Below, piece by piece: positions 58,595 to 64,000 of a DNA stretch of 64,000 bases. Each line of letters starts with the position of its first letter. The first letter of the stretch is position 1. Both the position numbers and the translations under genes were made by a program. Under the pieces are notes generated by a model that made no database searches, was not told the DNA's origin, and saw nothing but the letters and a program-made list of their open reading frames with translations. Source of the DNA: a virus; the IMG/VR virus record IMGVR_UViG_3300043496_000175, positions 43,207-107,206 of that record; one strand, given 5' to 3'.

Positions 58595-59132
58595 TAGCTG
58601 TTGCGTAGATTATTCCGGGGCGGCGTCGAGCGCCTTGTGCGCAGCCGTTGCCTGCGGCGTAGGTCGGGTGTCCACCGCGCGGTACTCGTCCATGTGCGGG
58701 GCAGGCCCGCCGCAGCTCTTGGTGCAGCGCAGGAAGGTCGAGTAGACGTGGACCTGGTGGATGTTCTCGGTGAGACGTTTCGTTGTCTCAGCGAGGCGTA
58801 CAGCCGCCTGGCGGACCACAGGGTCCGTGCGTTCAAGCTCTGCAAGATCCTCGGAGAGAGTGCGCCCCCGACGTGTAGCTTTGCGCGTTGCTGAGCTGTC
58901 CGGCCCTGAGTCCGGCGGGGTGCTACTCACCTTCAGACCACCAGACCTCGAATTGATCGGCCATGTCCGAACCCATGTAATGCCCGATGGCTTCCACAGT
59001 CTCTTGAAAGGAGACGTTGTGACGAGCCATCCGGTCCTGGATCTTCCCGAAGGCGCTCTCGATCACGTCGTCCAGGTCGAGTTTGTCTGCAGTCTTGGAC
59101 ATGGAGTGCCTTTCTGGTGGAAGTGGGGGGAT

Positions 59133-59284
59133 GCGGTACGGGCGCAGGATTCGCGGTGCTCAAGGAAGCAAAGGGTTAACTTCCCCCGGCGGCGGGAGGC
59201 CCCGCGAAGGGCCTTGATTCCTGCCGCACAACCGGCCTTGCGGAGCGATGCAATGCGTGGAACTCCGTTTGACGCCCGTACCGC
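59133..59284 (-). ncRNA. unassigned structured RNA element
   Basis: Intergenic; perfect 12-bp closing stem GCGGTACGGGCG/CGCCCGTACCGC around three internal helices. Confidence 0.55.
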
Positions 59285-59510
59285 TAGCTTATGAAATCTC
59301 CTCGGTCCAGGTCGCCGCACACTCGCCGCAGGAGTAGACCAGCGTGCCCTCGGCCTGCCGGATCTCGGTCTCCCAAGCATCCTCGTGGCTGCACGGGTGC
59401 AGCCCGTTGGACTCCATCAGGTCCATGAACGTCTGAAAGTCGGGACCGGTCAGGTGCTCACCGATCTCGTCAATCGCGGTGCGGAGGGGGAAGGTGCTCA
59501 TGTGTTGTGT

Positions 59511-59570
59511 TCCTTTGCTCGGTGGGTTGTTGTTGTGTTGAGTGTACCGCACTGGTGTGCAGTGTGTCTA
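59511..59570 (-). promoter_or_regulatory. promoter plus leader motif
   Basis: TAGACA-18-TACACT ... CCGAGCAAAGGA. Confidence 0.75.
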
Positions 59571-59571
59571 G

Positions 59572-59976
59572 TCACTGGGAGCGGAGCACCCGGTACAGCC
59601 ATCCTGCCTCTGGCCCGATGTGCTCGGTCAGCAGATCGGTGTAGACGTTCTGGAACGCGGGGCCGTGCTTGGCGCGGGGCGGTGCAAGGGCGTGGGCACA
59701 CTCATGCAGGATCACGATCTCCCGCATGGCCCAGCGGGTCCCGTGCTCGGGGATGGCGATCTCGTTCCGCATTCCCCAGTAGTGGGCCTTGGCGGTGCCC
59801 CTCCGTGCGCGCACCGTAGGTGTGCGCACGGGGAGGACGCGGGAGACATACCGCTGGATGGACGGGATGTCGGCAAACTTGCGTTCAACCGGCAGGGTGA
59901 TCGTGCTCCCGGCAATCTGGACCGGGGCCTCCCGCGCGAACATGTCGCGCAGGAGGTACTCGGCGTCGTACATCAT
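59572..59976 (-). CDS. HExxH metallohydrolase (Rv0185-like)
   Basis: ERKF.....Q.YV..VL...VR.RRG..KAHY...WAMRE.VILHE.AH...HGP.F. Confidence 0.8.
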   Translation of the reverse strand: MMYDAEYLLRDMFAREAPVQIAGSTITLPVERKFADIPSIQRYVSRVLPVRTPTVRARRGTAKAHYWGMRNEIAIPEHGTRWAMREIVILHECAHALAPPRAKHGPAFQNVYTDLLTEHIGPEAGWLYRVLRSQ

Positions 59977-60860
59977 CAGGCGCTGACCTGCGTCCGGTGC
60001 CCGCCGATCGCCCGTGCCGGGGCAAGGCTGGCGCGGGCTCCGGCCTTTGAGCCTGCACCGTTGGCGTGGGAACTGTAGCTGCTGGAACCTATGGTGCTGC
60101 GCTTGCGCCAGCCCTTGCTGGCTTCGGTGAAGTAGTCCCGCACCGCAACCTCCCGCTGCACCAGGACCAGCGCAACGCTGTCTGAGACAGCCGTAGCCGC
60201 GTCTTCGGGGCTGTCAGGGGTGGTGTTGAGGGTGGTCTGCTCCTGCGCCTTAGCGGCGGCCTCAGCCTCTTTGCGGGCGTGGCTGAGACGGGCGCGGATG
60301 GTGTTGGCGAACGCCTCCTGGAACGAGATCCGGGCGGTGCGCCCGTGGACCGGGGCCTTACGGTACTCGGTCTCGTACTCCGGGCGGCCGGTGAACCAGT
60401 TGTCATACCCGGTCTTGACCCGGACCTCCCGGTAGACGATCTCGTTCTTGTAGTCGCCCTGGCGGATGTAGGCGTCGGACTCCTTGATCATCTGCGGCAG
60501 CAGCCACTCGAACAGGGCGATGGTCACCTCGATGTCGGTGTCGAAGCCGTAGGGGTAGACGGTGGTCGAGTCGGAGGAGAAGCCGTACTTGACGTTGTTG
60601 GCGTGGGCGATGGCCCCGAACAGCGCGATGTAGGTCTGCAGCCCGCGCTTGCCACGTTCCCCGATCCGCAGGGACGTGTTAGTGAGCTGGGGCTTGCGCT
60701 CCTGGCTGTCCTTGTGGTTGCGGGCCAGCTCCAGGTCGATGGCGTGGCGGGTGGCCAGCGCCTGGGCCTTCTCCTGGTAGGCGGCGGACTCCTCGGGGGT
60801 CGCGGCCTTCTCGGCGTGGCGGAGCAGGGCGGCCATGCGGGTGATGAGGGTGTCGGACAT
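59976..60860 (-). CDS. DUF2786-domain protein
   Basis: R..ALL..AE...TPEE..A...KAQ.L..RH.ID; G...D.E; R.SF..AF. Confidence 0.85.
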   Translation of the reverse strand: MSDTLITRMAALLRHAEKAATPEESAAYQEKAQALATRHAIDLELARNHKDSQERKPQLTNTSLRIGERGKRGLQTYIALFGAIAHANNVKYGFSSDSTTVYPYGFDTDIEVTIALFEWLLPQMIKESDAYIRQGDYKNEIVYREVRVKTGYDNWFTGRPEYETEYRKAPVHGRTARISFQEAFANTIRARLSHARKEAEAAAKAQEQTTLNTTPDSPEDAATAVSDSVALVLVQREVAVRDYFTEASKGWRKRSTIGSSSYSSHANGAGSKAGARASLAPARAIGGHRTQVSA

Positions 60861-60865
60861 GTGGT

Positions 60866-60934
60866 TCCTTTGCTCGGAGGGTGGCGGCTCTTGCCGTTAG
60901 CTAGAGTCTAGGGCATAGTGCGGCAGTGTGTCAA
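60866..60934 (-). promoter_or_regulatory. promoter plus leader motif
   Basis: TTGACA-18-TAGACT ... CCGAGCAAAGGA. Confidence 0.8.
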
Positions 60935-62106
60935 GTCAGGCCCAGCAGTACTCGATCAGCGTCTCCAACTCCTGCTCTGCAGCGGCGTTGCCGGTCTGCT
61001 GCGCCTCCGCCAGCTCGATCTCCAGCGCATCGGCCAGGACGGCGCGGGGGACGCGGAAGCCCTGCACAAAGGTGGTCAGGGTCTGGCCGTGCGGGGTGCG
61101 GGGGTCGGTGTAGAAGCTGGCAAGGCGGCGCGCCTCGGCGTGCCTCATGGCTGAGTCCACAGCTTTACCCCGAACCGGATCAGACCGATCACGGTAGCGA
61201 TGACCGGGACCCAGAACAGCAGATCCCCAAGCGCCTGCGGACTCACCGGATTGTCCGCTGCAAAAACAGGTTGCCTGCTATGGCAACGGACATGGACACC
61301 AGCACCATCCCCCACACCGCCAACTGATCAACCATGGTGCCGGAGTGCGTGAGTCCGTACCAGGGCAGCGCCACCAGCACGATCAGGAGCGCATCCGCCC
61401 AGCAGGCTATTGCCCACCAGATGCTAGGGCGGTCCTCGTAGCGGGGGCGTTCCTTGGTGCTCACAACTCCCCCCCGGGTGTAACTCCTGTACAACTGGTA
61501 CCAGGCCTCCATCCCGATCCAGCAAGCTGGCACCGCAACAACGAACGCCAACACGACGGGCCAGTCCCACACATCGGTGGGACGGGACAGCAGGAACACC
61601 AGCGCGGAGAAGTAGAGCACGGTGCACACAATCGCGCGGAGCAGCGTTGTCATGGAACCTCCCGCCAAAGAGGCAGGGACCACGTGTGCCCTGTCTTGAA
61701 CTCTTGCGTGTGAGGCAGTTTGGTCTCGGAGACCATGTCTCTGATCTCTCGGACAGGAGTGCCGTCCGGGACGTCAATCACTCGGGTGTACTGCACTGTC
61801 TCGTGGTAGTAGATGGCTATCTTCACCGGTCCCTCCCCTGCGCGTACAGCCGGGCGTCCTCGCGGGCAGCGGAGTAGCTGCGCCGCACGGGAAAGACCAG
61901 CTCGGTGAGATCGTCCGGGACAAACTGGAACTCCGTCCAGTTGTTGGTCAGGTCCGTCATCGCCCGGCCGGACTCAATCGTGCCTAGGGCCTTGTTCCCG
62001 GCGTGCGGTCCCTCCTCGGTGCACGTTCCGGTGGGAAGGTGGCACTGGAAGACATCGCGGTCCGGAGGAATGGCGCGGGTTGCGCGGACGTGGATCATGG
62101 GGGCGG

Positions 62107-62167
62107 TCCTTTGCTCGGTGGGCGGGTGTGTTCCTTGAGTGTAGGCGCTCGGGCGTTAGTCTGTCAA
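62107..62167 (-). promoter_or_regulatory. promoter plus leader motif
   Basis: TTGACA-18-TACACT ... CCGAGCAAAGGA. Confidence 0.8.
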
Positions 62168-63551
62168 CAGTTCTGTGGCAGAGAGTTCCCGGCGCATCTT
62201 GCGGACCTTGGCGCACTCCTCGGTCCAGATGGCTTCTGCCGTATCCCTGGCGCGCTTGGCGGTGTAGTACGCAGCGTCGGCGGCCTCCAGCTCTCGCAGG
62301 GCTGCGTCTCTGCGTTCCTGGGCCTGCTGTAGCGGAGTCACCGCTTGCGCCCCTGAGAGGCCGTCTGCACGCGCGTGGTGGCCGCCGGGACGGGAGTGAT
62401 GCGGTTGTGCCGGAGAGCCGTTGACGAGCCGTACAGGGCCCGGGAAAGCTCGCTGACGTACTGGGAGCCGGGGTTGTTGCTGCCGTTGGTCACGGTGATC
62501 GCCTCGCGGAAGCGGTCCCAGCTTCCTAGCTCGGGGAACGCCTCATGCAGGGCCCGGGTCCGGTCAATCCCCAGGAAGTCATACGCCTTGATGCGGGTCC
62601 GGGTGTTGCCGTCAATCGTGCGGGTCCGGTGGACCTCCTTCGTGGAGATCGTCTGCCCTTCGGAGATCCACGGAGCGTGCGGCATGTCAGATTCCTGTCC
62701 GGCCGCGCGCAAGGCGCTGTGCCGCGCGGGCCTGTCGGGGGGCGGGGGTCAGGGCGGTTCGTAGTTCCTGCTCGGACGGGTGCCGCTGGGCGTTGTCCAG
62801 CCACGTCTCCAGCAGCGCCATATCTTTGGCGGCGTAGCTGTTCGGGTTCGGGGCAAGGGCCTCGCGGGTGATCGCAAGCTGCAGCGCAGTCGGGGAGACA
62901 TCGGAGCCCTGGGCGAGCTGCTGGAACACCTGCCCGTTGCCCTGGGGGGAGGCGTACCAGGACGCAATCGCGGCGGCGTCGCCGTCCGTGGGGAGCTGGT
63001 TGCCGCGCGCTCGGGCGTAGACCAGGTTGCTGGGGGAGATGACGGCACCCCGGGTGGTCACCACGTGCTGATACGGGTTCAGCGTGGCGCGGTACTCGCC
63101 CGCCCCGGGGACCGGTCCCTCGGCCCAGGAGCCCTGCACGGAGTACCCGGACGCGGTCAAGATGCGCTGCGCCTCCCGCAGCGCCGGGGTCGGGTCCCCG
63201 CCGTTGCGCAGCGGGGAGAACGCGGAGCCGTGCAGGCCCTCGGCGGTGAGCGGAATGGGGGTGCCGTTCGAGTAGGCACGGATGGTCCACTCCTCGGAGA
63301 GGGTGGAGAACGAAACGTAAGCGGCTGCAGGCATCAGGATCACGGCCCTACGGTGTCGGTAGGAGTCACCGTGTGGCAGACCCCGATGTCTTTCAAGTAG
63401 CTCGATAAGGCATCAGCCGCATCACGCTTGACGCGATCGGTGATCTCATCGGCGGACAACTCTCCGCCGTGCTCGGTCCGGTAATCGCTGGCGCTCAGTG
63501 CAACGGTCAGGGTGATCGTTGCTTGTAGGTCCGTGTGGCTCACTGGCGTTG

Positions 63552-63644
63552 TCCTTTGCTCGGGGAGATTGGCGGCCCCCCGCCCGGGTGCGCCGGGCGG
63601 GGGTACTACTGAGAAGCGTACAGGGCGGTACGCTAGTCTGTCAA
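63552..63644 (-). promoter_or_regulatory. promoter plus GC hairpin plus leader motif
   Basis: TTGACA-18-TACGCT; CCCCCGCCCGG/CCGGGCGGGGG hairpin in the leader; CCGAGCAAAGGA. Confidence 0.75.
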
Positions 63645-63938
63645 GCGTTCAGACGTAGGACTTGATCAGGGAGACCGGCCGGACAAGCTCGCCTGTCTCG
63701 GTCTCGATGACGTGGCCCGGGGCGTAGGCCAGGTTCGGCCAGGACGGGTGGGAGTTGGACGGGCGGAACGTCCAGCCCAGGTACTCGGCCTCGTTCCGGG
63801 CAAAGTACATGGCGTTGTGCGCGCTGTCGCCGTGAGACATCACGGACTCGGCGCAGGGCTCCTGCTCGGCCCGGCCGGGGAACTGGGCGCAGTCGCAGGT
63901 GATGCGGGCGGCGGAGAAGTTGAAGTACATGGCGGGGG

Positions 63939-63995
63939 TCCTTTGCTCGGTGGGCTGTTGGATTGATTGTAGCGGATAGTGCGGGAGAGTGTCTA
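63939..63995 (-). promoter_or_regulatory. promoter plus leader motif
   Basis: TAGACA-18-TACAAT ... CCGAGCAAAGGA. Confidence 0.75.
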
Positions 63996-64000
63996 GTCCT

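Larger units (their letters stand above)
47114..63930 (-). other. early/host-takeover-type region: more than 40 small, tightly overlapping leftward ORFs, mostly hypothetical
   Basis: ATGA/GTGA-coupled short ORFs arranged in cassettes behind repeated promoters. Confidence 0.85.

Noticed and set aside
1-64000. Integrated prophage with att sites or host flanks
   Set aside because: No integrase, att-like duplication or host housekeeping genes were recognised; lifestyle cannot be determined from this window.

Overview
This 64-kb, GC-rich window is part of a tailed, siphovirus-like actinobacteriophage genome. No terminase, portal or integrase is recognisable in it. Layout: (1) 59-13131 (+), tail chaperone, tape measure, minor tail proteins and lysis genes; (2) 13132-15889 (-), accessory genes including a sortase-type surface protein; (3) 15990-23696 (+), replication and recombination (Cas4-like nuclease, AAA ATPase, SSB, PolA, dNMP kinase, RuvC-like, SNF2 helicase); (4) 23977-43487 (-), a second virion-type module carrying PhoD, two GH16, GH18-like/GH26 and GH81 domains, interrupted by prim-pol/helicase and HTH genes; (5) 43610-47130 (-), tRNA-Pro, holin, HNH and a Ro60/TROVE gene preceded by five tandem Y-RNA-like elements; (6) 47114-64000 (-), small early-type genes with about 11 repeated sigma70-type promoters, each coupled to a CCGAGCAAAGGA-type leader motif. 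The strongest candidate for a new system is the Ro60 locus: five RNAs share a scaffold but carry different inserts, four of them anticodon-loop-like. Other highlights are a likely -1 frameshift that extends the endolysin, the set of glycanase domains, and an unexplained structured RNA at 59.1-59.3 kb. All family calls come from motif recognition by eye; no searches were run.
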